DNA of 58,375 nucleotides from Nemertoderma westbladi (GCA_032718475.1 JAUCBJ010003955.1:1-58375), one strand, 5' to 3'. Positions 38,894 to 52,391 are shown, numbered from the stretch's first letter. A program made the numbers and translations. The notes: generated by a model from the letters alone, not told the origin.

Positions 38894-41800
38894 CTTGATT
38901 TGTATTTCAAGATTTCTAATGAGATGGGAAACTTAGTGTCAAAGGATAATGGAGCATTAGTTAGTCTCCCTCCAACACGTATTAATCCATCTATCATGGT
39001 GCTAGAGAAACGATCCCTTAAGCGCATCTGTGGATTTCTCAACAACAGGAAATACTTATCGGAATCTTCATAGCATTGCAAGAGTCTCAGTATCTGCTTA
39101 TTGGTTTCTTCATGCTCCTGGTAAATGATCTTCTCCGTCAGAAACCTATCCGACACTTTGTATGTGGGAAGATCTTTAATAGCATGGACCTGCTCGGATG
39201 TCAGTGGAGCGGTATCACTAGCGATCTTCGTCCTGGAGTAGTGATGATGGAAGCATCGCTTCAAATACACGACGGCCTTACAAAGCCGATTCCAGGAGCT
39301 ATAGTGATTTATTGCTTTCTGCAGGAGAGGTGAGAGTCCTTGCGAGACATCTGGTGTTCCAGATTTCCAGTCTCTTTCTCTGATGTCTATAACAGATCTG
39401 TTCATGGTGGGGGAGTTTAGATCCACAGCGTCGTCCCTGGAAATGTGTAGTACAGACAGATCTATCACAGGTTTAAATAACTTTGATTTACTCGTACGGG
39501 TTTTAGGTTTGACTTTCTCCGCTCCCTTGGCTTGTCTAATCTCAGCCATAGTGAGATGAGGAGGCCATTCATCCTCTTCTTTACTTAGGAAGTAGGGTCC
39601 ACCCAACCAGTCCGGACTATCTATCAGTTCTTGAGGGGTTGCTCCTCTGGAAGCGATGTTGGCTGGATTAATCATCCCAGGGCAATGTCTCCATTGATCT
39701 ACATTACAGCGACTAAGTATAATGGCTACTCTGTTGGTAACGAAGACGCTGAACTGACAGACTTCATTGGTTATATACTCCAAAACGAGTAAAGCATCAG
39801 TCCAATAGACAGTTTTCTCCAGTGGATAGTCGATCTGTTCTGTTACATTCCGGCCGATGGCTGTAGCGTGTAGAGCCGCCTTTAACTCCGCTCGAGGAAC
39901 TCGTAGTTTGTTGTTTATCAAGGCCTTAGATGTGACCAAGGCAACTTTGATTCCATCTGTAGTTTCAACCCTCAGGTAGGCTACTATACGTATTCCCATA
40001 TCGCTGGCGTCTCCAAACACATGGAGTTGATAGGAATACGTGGGGAGAACGTGACCAAAATATGAACGGAAAATCGTAAAGTTCTCGATGGATGGTAGAG
40101 AATCTTCCCATTTCATCCACTTCTTTAGTAGTTCTCCCTTAAGTGGATCGTCCCACGAGTGGTTTTCAAGCCACATTTGTTGCACTAAGCTCCGAGCAAC
40201 CAATATAACTGGGCTAATAAATCCCAATGGATCGAAATAAGTGCTCAGGATACTTAGACAAATCCGTTTAGTTCGAACTGGATTATCTCGCTGTTTTAGC
40301 TGGAAAAACAATATATCTCTCTCCGTGTCCCATTTTAAACCAAGCGTCTTGGTTTCTGGAAGATCGTTCTTGATGAGGTCCAGATCTTTAACACCTCGGT
40401 CTTCTACCGGGATCGATTCCAGAAACTCACGGGAGTTACTAGTGAATTTGGTTAGTCGAAATCCACCGCGTCGCAAACGCTCTACCATTCCCTTGGCAAC
40501 ATCAATGGCTTCTTCCACCGATGGGAGGGACTTTAAATTGTCGTCCATGTATATATCCCGTTTGATGTTGTCGATAACCGCTTTAGAGAAGGCGTCTCGG
40601 TTGTCATCAGCAGTGGTACGCACTACTGAACAAGCATTCGAGGGGCTCGAGATGATCCCGAAAGCCTGGATGGTCATCCAGTACTCCACCGGTTTTTGGT
40701 TGAGGTCTCCTTCAGGCCACCACAGAAATCGTAGGCTGTCTCAATCCCTATCCAGCGCCTTGACTTGTAAGAACATGCCTTCTATATCCGAAGCGAAAGC
40801 GATAGAATATTGCCGCAATCTTAATAGTATTCCCAACAAGGATTGGAGTAAGTTGGGTCCCGGCAATAATTCCGAGTTCAGGGATTGGCCCATGTAAAGG
40901 GCAGAGCCGTCGAACACTACCCGGACTTTGTTGGGTTTACCGGGTTTGGGAACGTAATGATGTGTTAGATAATACGTTCTCTCGGTTATGGGTGTTTCTT
41001 CCGGTACTCGCTCCGCGTATCCCTTGTCGATAAATTTCTTCAGCTGGGTTTTGTACATTTTCCAAGCTGAAACATTGGCCGTAAGACGCCGATGTAGTTG
41101 CGCGATTCTCTTTTCTGCTAAGGGTCGGTTATTTATAAAGTTGGGTTCTCGCCGTCGGAACGGAAGACCAATCTCATAGCGACCTTGATCTTTAAGAAAA
41201 CGGGTAGTCGTTTCCTGAATCTGCTTGGCTCTCTCTTCCTCGACGGACAAGGACTTGTCGTAGGAATTAGGCTCTACGGCTTCTTGAGTAAAGAATCGTA
41301 CAGCGTGTTCATCGCGAATTTTATTGTTGTATCGATCTATCACCTCGTTTAATTCGTCGTTGTAGGTGAATTGTCCGCCAGGATTGATAAGATGGCACAG
41401 GTTTTCTTGGTTTAACCAAGCTTCACTTTCGGTGAGGAGATCGATTGTATTTTCCTCGTCGAATAATTGGTTAATATCGTCATTATCTGAGGAGTATGGT
41501 GTTCCCTCAGTTGTGGTTTCTCCCTCACTAATTTCTTCTTCCCATACACTCACCTGATGGATCCTCTCCTGAGGGAGTCTTTCCATTAGTGTTCTACGGG
41601 AAGGTCCAGTGAAGTACCAACCTACTCTCGTTCTTCCCGCGTACGTTTGTAATGGTTGCGGTCGAGCAGGCCGTTTTTCTAATGTCTCTAGCGCCTCGTG
41701 CGCATTTTGGCCGATCAATATCTGTACCCCTGGGTAGTTGGTGTTGAATCTAGGGATATCATGCTGCTGGGTAAAATGGTCTTCATCCCAGTTGTAAGGT

Positions 41801-42135
41801 TCCACTTGGCTGGTAGCAAAGTTCTTTATCGCCACCATTTTTACTGACCTTATGCTATGTTCTCCTAGTTCATCCTGGGGAGTGGACAACGCGCCTACAT
41901 AGTAATCTGTAGCTACTGTGGATTTACAAACCTGCATAATTCCTGAAAGGTTCAACTTAGTTCGGAACTTGGGTTGTCCAGCAAAGATGTCTTCGGCTAG
42001 TTCTTTGTCGATGAATGTACCTGTGCTGCCGGAGTCAAGGAGGGCGTTTACTATCAAACTTTCCCTAATCCATGGACTCTCAGCTGCACTACAGGGAATT
42101 CCTGGATTCCGACGTTGGAAGTCGGCGCTTTCCAA
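38890..42135 (-). pseudogene. pol: pol protease, reverse transcriptase and RNase H (Pao type), disrupted
   Basis: ALLDSGS protease; KVRVVFDGS, LLPGPNL, SDIEGMFLQ, YMDD RT; FGDAS, VPRAELKAA, YWTDA RNase H. In-frame stop at 40741. Confidence 0.95.
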
Positions 42136-45100
42136 GATGGTTGCCGGTCCAGAATAGTCAGTCGAGGGTCTTCCTCGCTGGTTTCAGTCTCATACGTAAG
42201 TGCTCGATACACTGCGGTGTTTATCATATAACAGGATTCGTTTTCGTCGGAGAATTCGTCCGTGTAGAATCCTTCCATCTCAGAGCTGTAGTCAGTGTCG
42301 TTCACATCACTGAATTGGACATGTAGTTCGGGCTCACTTACCTGACTCGTGCGGGTTCTGTCAAATTCTGTGTGCAGCAAGATATGATGGTTCGTGCCGC
42401 ACTTAGCACACCTCGCGTCTGAGTAACAGGTCCGCCGTTGGTGTCCTTGTCTGAGACAATTATAACACAACCGCTTATCCCACATGACATCTCGTCTATC
42501 CTTTAGGGACTTCTTCAAGAATTCATCACATCCACTCAAACGATGGGGCCCGTCGCACAATGCACATTTGGGTTTGATATTACTTACTTTAACCTGTGTG
42601 GTGTTGTGCACACTTGTTCTTTCCTTGGACTTTCTTCCATGAATTCTCTTAGGAGACGTAGGAGGAGTTGTTGTTACCTATTCTCTCCTGTCACTGGTTC
42701 GAGACTTAGATTTACTTACATCTTTCCTTGTTTTGTTGACATAATAAGATCTTTCGGTGTCTTTCCCGCTGTTCTCCTCGTGGGAGGTCTGGCTTTCGCC
42801 GTCGTCTGTATATCACACTGGTGTTACCTTTCTCCTAGAAATGGGTTTTTCACTCACCTTATTTTGCGGTGTCTTCTCTCGGGACTGCTTTAGGAGCTGT
42901 AATCTTACCTCTCCATTTAAGAATGACATGAGATCAACCATGGTAGGGTCTCTTTGTTGTTGGTCCATCATATAAAGAACTCTTTTGTCCCAACGAGTAC
43001 CTACTCCACCCTTTGGCAAAGTAGATGCTACGGCTCCAACAACCATGGAACTCTGATATTCATGAGACATACCTAACCAATCTAGTTGTCTACAGATCTC
43101 CTGAATCTCATCGGAAAACTCTATAATCCCGCTGCTAAGGAACTTTCGGGGCGCTACTAATTTCGCATACAAATACCTAGCTATGTTAGTCCTATTACCA
43201 TACCTGATGTTTAGTGTATCCCAAACTTGTCTTAATCCATCTGGATGTCCAATAAACTTTAACGCCATTAACTTGGGAGGTCCTTCCAAGCACTCGATGA
43301 GGAATCTAAGTTTCTCTCCGTTAGATAGTACAGAGTTCTGTATGTTATCTTTATAATATTCATTAAAAGGTAACCATTTCATCTCATCTCCATTAAACTT
43401 GACGATCTCTCCCACAAATTCCTCACCCATAAATTTCCCGGATTGTGATCAGGTCTATATGGAATATCATTATCAACAGGTTTATAATTATCCTTAATAG
43501 GGTTTACTATAGGAGTTTCTACTTCACTATCAGTATAGATGCGTGTAGGCTCCACACCTTGCGCATGAAATACTTCAGACCTAGCAGGTTGACACATTGT
43601 TACAGGGGGTGGTGGTATACCCTTTTGTATATTTACTAATTTATCACGCTCTAACGCGATACTCTGCTGCACTTCTTGCAACTCTAACCTACTCTCTCTT
43701 ACTGTTCCCTTTAACTGCTGAACAGTCCCTTCCAACTCCCGGACCTGCTGGGAGGAACGTATACGATGCTCCTCCAGCTGCCCGAGGAGGAGATCTATCC
43801 CCCGCCGTCCCTCGTCTACCCACTCGACCGTCGAAGCGGGAGCCGCCAACGTAGTAGCGGGTTGACGAGCAGGGACGATGGGCGACAAATCGGTGACAAA
43901 TTGCTCGGCGCCAGGACCAGGAGTGGTTCAGGGGCTGTTCTGCTGGGCACAGGTAGTTTAGTACTGTGCAAAGGGAATTTAGAGTTAGGTTCTGGAAGTA
44001 CAGGTGTCTCTATCACAGAGGGAGTTTCGAGAACAGGCCTAATTATTTCAGGCTCATCTACTATAGTAGGGATAGGGATTCTTTCTACTCTAATAATTTG
44101 GTCTGTAGGCTCAGGATTACTTAAATCTACCCTAGCTAGTTGCCTTCTCACAGCTGGAGGCAAATTAGGCAATTTCTGCCGGTGTGGCGCTCTTCTACGT
44201 CCGCTGGAACGAGATTTATTTCCTCTACCTTCAGGATCTGTTGTATTGCCTTCATCAGAGGATGTAAATCCCTGTCTCCTGGGAGTATATCGACTTAGCA
44301 GCTGCATCTGAGTAGCTGTTCTCTGTTTATTTAAGTAATCTTGCTTCGCTTGAAGATTTTCCAACTCTAGTTGGGTTGTCTCTTCAGACGCTCGTCTTTC
44401 TGCTTCAGCCACTGCCGCTTTTCTTTCAGATTATGCTGCTGCCGCTGCTGCCTTTCTTTCAGCTTCTGCCGATTTCCTTTCAGATTCTGCCGCAACCGCT
44501 GCCGCTTTTCTTTCAGCCTCTGCCGCTTTCCTTTCAGATTCTGCCGTGACCGCTGCCGCTTTTCTTTCAGCCTCTGCCGCTTTCCTTTCAGATTCTGCCA
44601 CGACTGCTGCCGCTTTCCTTTCAGATTCTGCCGCGACCGCTGCCGCTTTCCTTTCAGATTCTGCTGCGGCTGCTGACCTTCGGTCTTCTATTTGCTTTTT
44701 CTTTAGCTGCTCTTCTTGGTCCATAGCGATGAGGATGCTTTCATCAAATTTAGCCTGCTCCGCGGATACTATTTCCGCATCTAATGAGTCTAACACAAAT
44801 TTGGCTCCCTCACTATTAGGGTGAAGTCCAGCTAGCCGTCTCCTTAACTCTTTATCACCTATAAATTGTTGATAGTCCGACAGATAGATGTCAATAGCAT
44901 CCTTCTTCTGAGGTTTCTCTGATGTAACTTCGCTTTCCACCTGAGAAAAGGTAGCGTCTGTTGATTCTCCGTGGGTCATGCGCTCGGTTAGCTGAGCTTT
45001 CCATTGTGTCGTTCCCTGGACTTTAAGACTCACCCATTGGAACCAAGTCTTTACGGCCACTTGCAACGATGTGAATTGGCTTCTCTTCGAAGCTTCCTCA

Positions 45101-45854
45101 AAGGCTGAAAGGATTAGTCTGATCCGTAAAATTCGTTCTCGCACTTGATAAAGCTGCTCTCCCTGCTCTTGAGGTACTTGACGTTGTTGGAATAGGTGTT
45201 CTTCTAATCGCTCCAAAGAACTGAAGAATCCCTGGACATATCCTGCTGCCGACCTCTTCCACACAGCTGGATCTCGAGTGTCCCTTACTACTCCCATCCT
45301 GTATAAGTCCTCCCAGGCAGCTTCCGATAAGTTAAACGGAAGTCCGGGTCGGGGGAAGTTCCATTGCGTCTCGACAATAGACCTCAGTTCCTCCATCGTG
45401 TATCCCGCATAACTGTCCTTAGTCGATCGCTTACTTCTCGCCCAATCGATTTGATGTTCCTCCACAGCTATCAACACTCTAGTGAGTACAGCTCCAGGAA
45501 GAATTAGAAGTGGATCTGGATAAACCGCTTCTGCCATCTTTGCTCTGATCTCGGGTGTCAACTTACAGTGTCGGATCTACTGGAGTTATCGGGCCGCTGA
45601 GAAATAAGTTCCCGGTTCGGGTGCTGCTGCTGTTTAACAGCTGCCTCTTGGTCCCGCTTGACTTGAGCCCTAGTGCCTATGATAGACCTATGGTGCTTTA
45701 CTAGCCTAGGGTCTGATACTACTACTGTAGGGATGACCTTTCTCACAGTAGGAGGGGACTTGGACCTCGGTCTCAGATTTTCTATACTCCTATCTGAGTC
45801 ACAGACTGTTCTTTCTAGGAGACTATCTGACAGTGTTTGTTTTGTGTCAGCCAT
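42054..45854 (-). pseudogene. gag: BEL/Pao gag region, fragmented by stops and frameshifts
   Basis: IVKFNGDEMKWLPF...EKLRFLIECLEG (DUF1759-like); triple knuckles CALCDGPHRLSGC, CYNCLRQGHQRRTC, CAKCGTNHHILLH; N-terminal Ala/Glu coiled-coil repeat. Confidence 0.88.
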
Positions 45855-45992
45855 TATTGATTTTACAGTTGAATGCCTACTACTATAACGACAGTTAAAG
45901 CAAGTCTAGTAATTCAGTATCAACTGTAAGCCTAGTAATTAACTACCGATACCGTTACTTACTCAGTGTAACGTGATATATATATAATATAT

Positions 45993-46243
45993 TAAAATAC
46001 CGGTATACACTTATAGTATATGTATAAGTATTATTACAGACTAGGTTTAGTCACAGAATACCGGTATATAATTTCAGCATAAATTTATATAAATATATAT
46101 AGTAAGCCTACCGTAAATACCGGTATACACTTATAGTATATATAAGTATTATTATAGACTAGGATTAGTTACAGAATACCGGTGTATAATTTCAGCTTAA
46201 ATTTATAGAAATAAATATAATAAGCCTATCGTAAATACCGGTA
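45993..46243. repeat. ~120-bp tandem duplication in the retrotransposon 5' UTR
   Basis: AAATACCGGTATACACTTATAGTATAT...AAGCCTA.CGT repeated twice plus the start of a third unit. Confidence 0.85.
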
Positions 46244-47819
46244 ATGTCAATTATTGATAATAACTGAATTTCTGAATTTTAGGGTTACTTTCCTTTACTT
46301 TATTACTGTTATTAAGCAGTAGTCCAACTGATATTAAGACCTAATTGATGTATAACAGGCCTACTATTTTATAACTCGGTTTGAGTTGATTTATAATATA
46401 TTATGTACCCGTACAAGGGTTTTTGACAATATTTGAAATAAATGTTATTATTTCTGGGTAAGGAGTCACTACACAGAAGCTGAACGCTCTCAGTGGAGTG
46501 CTACTTGTTGGATACTAAAACGAATAATTATACTTTACTAAGTTACTTATCACTACAAATTACTTACAATTACAGTTTGAGATTACAATCTCTAAATAAA
46601 CACTAAAAAGTTACACATACAATTTTTTAGGGTAATTTTACAAGAAATCTACAAACCAGCCTAACAAGGAGTTAGAATTTCTGGTTCTTACAAACTGACA
46701 GGAAACTATGGTAATTGAAAACAATAAAGCAGTAGTAAGTAAATTGCGTTGTCCAGATAAGAAAATACCACCGTCTGACGACTTATAGTCTTAGCTCTAT
46801 AAGTACTACGTTATGTACCCGGAGTGTCCTTACCTAGAAGTTAATTACCGCAGCCAACCAGAGCTAACGTGCCTATTAACCACTTTACAACACAAATATA
46901 CTGCCTACACACTAATTACTTTCGGAAAGCACTGTACTCTAAACCCTAAATTAGGTACAAGTACTTATACAACAAATAACCAGCAGTTAAATATACTTGA
47001 ACAGCCAAAAGAACCATGGTATCTGCTGGAGTGACCGGAGCACAAAATCACCAGTCTTTACCTACGCCAAGCAGCCCTGATGTAGTACCGGGGTTAATTT
47101 AACTATAACGGTATGTATAACAAGCACAATTACTGTAGGAATAAACTTGGGGGGTTGTAGGTTGCGAATACTCGCATAGACTCTGAATAATAAATATTAC
47201 GCTACCCGTGCAGACTATACAAACAAAATACAGACCAAATGCTGGCAGACTACTGGCAAGCCTAAATAAACTACAGTATATGCAGACTCCGAAATGGTTA
47301 GTTAGTAGGCGTTCTAACCAAGTAGTACGACTTATTCTTTCGGGGGGATTTACCTTACAATACTGGATGCCCCCACCTTCCTATCTAGCACTTTATCGGA
47401 AAGACACTCTACACACACTGCAATCGCTTCAGACCTAACAACAGTCAGACAACAATCCGGCCTACAAATTATTTATACAATCTGAGCAGGCTTACACGCC
47501 TTCTGCTCAATATTACACTTATAGAAAAATAAAACTGACAGAAATAAATAAGCTCTAAAAGAAATAAGGGGTGTACAGTCCCTAATCTCTTAAACAGCCT
47601 ACCAATATACAATATGTCACAATCGAAATAATACTGGTACCGGTAAGTACTGGTTCGGGTGGTTAGGTAGTTAGGCCTACAGTTTACCGTCCGACCAGTA
47701 CATTCGAATTTATTGCCTACGGTGCAATAAAGAAACTACAAAACTATTAATGTTCTTACCAGAACAATAGACAAAACATATTTATTGACTACTGTGCAAT
47801 AAAGAACAAAATCTATTAT

Positions 47820-48911
47820 TGTTCGCGCTTTTAGACCTTTAGCAGTTTAACCTGCCAATTTTAGTTGTCTTCTTGTTTATAAATCGACTTTAGCCTAGAC
47901 CAATTATTTAATGTACTGAAGTTACATCCGCCGAAGCCAGTCTGTGCGCGATCATTCACCCACAGTTAAGGGAGACTGGATTCGGGTGCTTTGAAGTTAT
48001 TGCGGTGCAGACCTATATGTATTATTCGATTGATCGTTACTATATAATCTCTGACAAATATATTTACTTTCGGGGAAATATTAACAGTTCCTTTAGGACG
48101 TGGCGCTTTAAGTATAAAAACAGAGTTATGACTTATACTAATCACAACCAGATGGCTACTGAGTTTCGTAAATAGCGCATTCTATAGGAGATGCTTTATT
48201 ATCTGTCACACTACTTCACACGACTTCACACTACTGCACACTGATCTGCCGACCGTCACTGAATTTGATCATATATAAGGAAGATCGCAACTGACACTTG
48301 TAGGGATTATGAAATAGCATTTAATTCACACAAAACCACTATAATTTAAGTCGCAGTTGCTACTGGTAACCTGTTCCTCTCACCTTCAGTAATCAAGAAG
48401 ATTGGGGGTTTTATGAGTATTCATCGGTATTATCCAAATATATCAGCAATATATATCCATATAACAACAATTAATAACAGAAGTAAAATAATGCGGTGAA
48501 CAATCAGTATGTGTTACTTAATGCAAAAACCGTAAGTTATAAATGCAGAGTTCAATGAGTCAGTATGTCGGTAGGTGCCGAGAGTTGTTCAGATAATAGA
48601 TTTACGTTCTTATAATCAAAGCCATCAGATGTTTAGGCCAAAGTCTGAAACTTCCGAAACAGAAGTACAGAATAATTCCAAGCCGGTTCTTAGGCTCAGA
48701 AAGGTAAACAAAGACCGTAATGCATTGCGCGGTTTTCCATAGGCCCCTGTTCAACATAAAGTGAAAATCGCTCTGATTGGCTGTGCAGAACAAAGAGGTT
48801 CCACGTCCTCAGGAAATTAGCTGACAGATTTCGTCATCTGAGCTCCAATCTTTTAGAGTATTATGCGCATTGTGGCAAAAATGACTTGTTATGTCCGCTA
48901 AAGCTTTTACA
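47820..48911 (-). repeat. 5' LTR (1092 bp)
   Basis: Direct repeat of 30611-31762, flanked by TSD TTATG. Confidence 0.95.
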
Positions 48912-49774
48912 TTATGTGCTTTTCCCCTATCTTCCATTTTGTTTTTGTCTTGGTTTTTCTGTTTCTTGTGATTTCTTACTCTGTAAAAATTCCCCGGCAA
49001 CTCATCACCTTAACCAATATGTAGACAGCTATCATTATGTTGCATTCTACCTAACCATGCGCTTTAAGTAGATACCTCATAATCCTATGTAACCTACCTA
49101 ATCCAATTATACCATTCAGTATGTAGACACATGACCACTCCTGGGATTTCCCTATCAACTTCTCCCACCCTTTATATCCCAACCTGCAACCCTATATTTG
49201 TACTTTAGATTGACAGCTTACAACTAACTCGGTGTATTTTCCCTATGAATGAATTATTTAATTATCATCCAAACATTCGGATAAATAAGATGAAATATGC
49301 ATGTAGAATATACTGTTGGTAGCGCACAAACTAGGTAGGTTGTTAAGAGGTGGTTTACTAAATTATTAAAATAAATAAAGGTATTAAAATTATTATTATT
49401 ATTGCATATTATTATTAATAAAAGTATTAGAGTTCCAGGGTCATTAAAAATATTGCTTTCCGTAACGATGTGGTGTTTGGTGGGATCCCCTCGCAGATTG
49501 TATAATGTAAGTTCGTATCCGCAGCGCGGTGACACAGTTTGCATATGCAGGTATCAGTCGGTCGCCAGCATTTTGGCGTGTCGCAGCATCGTTGGTGGCA
49601 GCCGTTAACGATCAGCTGAGCGGCCGCGCGACGCCTGAACCCGTATAGGGGCTCGATGTCTAGGCCAGTGCTGCCCGTACCGTTATTATCGAAAACTTCG
49701 AGTAAGTCCGTTGAAGAGGAGTACTTTGAGATACTTCCCTATCACAATTACCTTACGTTATACAGTACATACAT

Positions 49775-50458
49775 GTGTTTTTCCGTCATTGGCTCGTGAG
49801 GGGTCGCTCGTGTCGTATGTTGTTGCGCTGTCCATTAAACCGTTCGTGAAGTTTCTGTCTCGTTTGGCCTATGTAGTATAGAGTAGGGTGGCAGTGGCAC
49901 CAGGCCAAGTAACATACAGTGTGGGACTTACATGTATAGTGTCCTTTTATCTTTTCACCCCATGGTGTCTGTTGTATGTTAGTGATAGTTTTGCATGTAA
50001 GGCAGCGGCTAGAGTTACATGGCTCATTAGTGGTGTTATTTGTGTGTGTTTGCGATTGAGTTTTATTTTTGGTTAGTATTTGTCCTAGTGATGTGGGGTT
50101 CTTCGTGACTACATTAATGTTGATGTCAAGATCGTAGTTTTTGGAGTATCTACGTACAGTATTTTGGAACATAGATTGACAGCTTACAACTAACTCGATG
50201 TATATTTTCCCTATCGCAATTACCTTACGCTATACAGTACATACATACACGTTAACCTTTCTGGGATTCACCTATCAGGTATTCCCCTTTAAAACTTATA
50301 TATATATATATAGACCCCCACCTTTTCCTGTTAGTTGCCAGTACATAGTCTGATGCAGACCGGTAGGTCGAAAACGTGTACTATTGTATCTTTACCTAAT
50401 ATAATATAACCAACTAAAGACCCTCAATACTTTATTTTTTCTATCATCTTTACACTAT
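49775..50458 (-). mobile_element. Penelope-like GIY-YIG fragment, inverted near-identical copy of 29677-30362
   Basis: Reverse complement match; the 128-aa ORFs differ at one residue. Confidence 0.88.
50350..50376 (+). ncRNA. Hammerhead-ribozyme-like motif, second copy
   Basis: CTGATGCAGACCGGTAGGTCGAAAACG. Confidence 0.45.
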
Positions 50459-51308
50459 TGCCCTATTATATAATTACATATTCATTTATGTATTATTACA
50501 TTGCTACATTCTTAGCTACATTGCTTACAGTTTTCATGGTCATTTCTGATAGTTTCTGAAAGTGTCACAAAAGTTGTAACTTTTATTCTGTTTGATACCT
50601 CAACTTTTCAACTCGACTGCTGTAAATCCGACTAAATTATTAGCATGCCAAAATCGGAGCGATGACGATGACAACAATTTGACTAAAAGTGCCAATTCGA
50701 TAAAGCTCCGCCATCTTCCTGGCTCGCCCCACAAATACATTAGACCGTTTGCATTCTCGGGCGGAAGCAACACATTTGTCAAAATTATAAAATAGGGAGG
50801 AAGATGTGAAGAAAAAGAATACCAGGTTTTCACTTTTCGGCCGAAATTCTACTGGCATTTTATATGAAGAATTTGTATTTTTACAAATTTCTCCTCATTA
50901 AGCGTTTAACCTGTGTAGATAATAATTATTCATTAATTATTTTGGTTAGAATCAGCCCTTCTGAAAAACCTGTGGTTTTAGTGAAAACCTGGTATTCTTC
51001 ACTACAAACACTTCAATGCAAGGGGTACAAAGTGAAATATAAGAGCAGAAACTCTAGTTATATTGGTGTTGTAAGGAGCCACGATTCTAAATAAAACAAA
51101 TTCCTTTTATCATATGGTTAACACACGTCTTCAGTGATATAAATATATATTAAAATGTTTACATAATTTACATATTAACATTAATATGTTCACGGTTAAA
51201 TTTAATTGAATAATATAAATCGATAAATTCGATATTTTTACTCTGTAACAATACTAATACATAACTATATAAATATGATATGACAATATTAATTATTATT
51301 AACCTCAC

Positions 51309-51683
51309 CTGATATTCCTTTTCGACAATAAGCTGAGATATGTTGTCATGGTATCCCAACGCGAATATGACTTTAATCCCGTTAATTTTCTCGAATTTTC
51401 GATGCCCCCAGGTTTCCCTTATCACTTTCCGCTTTTCATATTCATCGCTTCTCGATTTCACTATAACAACGGCTAGAAGTTGATTCGTAGATCTACATCC
51501 ATCAGGATTCTCTATAAGATAACTGTATGGGAACGGAACTGTATCACTATTATTAGAATTATCGTTAGTTTCACTTCCAGTACCTCTGTAATACTGAATT
51601 AACGTGTAGATTGAAACCAACACCGCTACGGATGTCAGAATAGATTTAGTTTTATATCGATTGAGGTACCAGTCAAATCTCAT
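51309..51683 (-). CDS. GT31 beta-1,3-galactosyltransferase-like gene, first coding exon
   Basis: ATG at 51683; type II TM anchor; YLIENPDGC..LLAVVIVKS...KRKVIRETWG...VIFALG...EKEYQ|GTGAGG donor, phase 0, joining KYGDLIQ of exon 2. Confidence 0.88.
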
Positions 51684-52391
51684 CGCTTCGCAATAAAAAT
51701 GTAAATGTAAAAAAAGTATGTTAGAAAACACAAAATATCATATTTTAAATAATAAAACAATTAATTAATTACCTATATAATTAATAATTTATACAATGTA
51801 CGACTGAATTATTTTTACTTAGTCTACTGACTCCTAGTAAACTACGAAATATTTTAAGAGTTGTTATTGACTAACAAATAATTGTAGGTGATACTAACTG
51901 TATATAGTTGGCAAGCTATTGAGTATGCAGTTTAGTTCTACTATACGGCACTTTGTTAAGGCCTACTGGAAATAATTTGGCACATGTGCCAAAAGTATTA
52001 GACGATTTTTAGTTATCAGGTTTTCGGTATTCAGAATAAAGTCCAATGTTGTAGTTATTGGGGTTAGTGAAGGAGCAGGTTATACAAAGAGAGAGAGGGA
52101 GTTTAGCATCGGGTCAAACCATAATACTATAACAATAAAATCGACAGATCGACGCAATAAAAATTCATCCCTCTCCAGGGGAAATTCGTCGCAAATATTA
52201 CAGCTGATTACTCTCAAAAATAAAACTGTAATCTGTTCTATTGTGTTTAGTTTATTGTTTCGGTTAAAATAACGTGCCACTGCAATCTGCTCCTTTCCCT
52301 AAATTGAGAATTTAACATTAGGGCGGGATATTAATTCGCCAAGATGAGATTTGCGTTCAGTTTCCTGTCCCACCCCCCCACCTCCACCCCT

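Larger units (their letters stand above)
30611..48911 (-). mobile_element. Full-length BEL/Pao LTR retrotransposon (18,301 bp) with an extra post-pol accessory coding region
   Basis: Two ~99% identical LTRs with TG...CA ends, 5-bp TSD TTATG (30606-30610 and 48912-48916), a PPT, and BEL/Pao gag-PR-RT-RH-IN order. Confidence 0.96.

Noticed and set aside
40241-44824. Plus-strand ORFs (218, 181, 116, 101 aa etc.)
   Set aside because: These are antisense shadows of gag-pol with no recognisable motifs.
51168-51731. 187-aa ORF as a complete gene
   Set aside because: It reads through the splice donor at 51308 into AT-rich intron; the real coding exon is 51309-51683.
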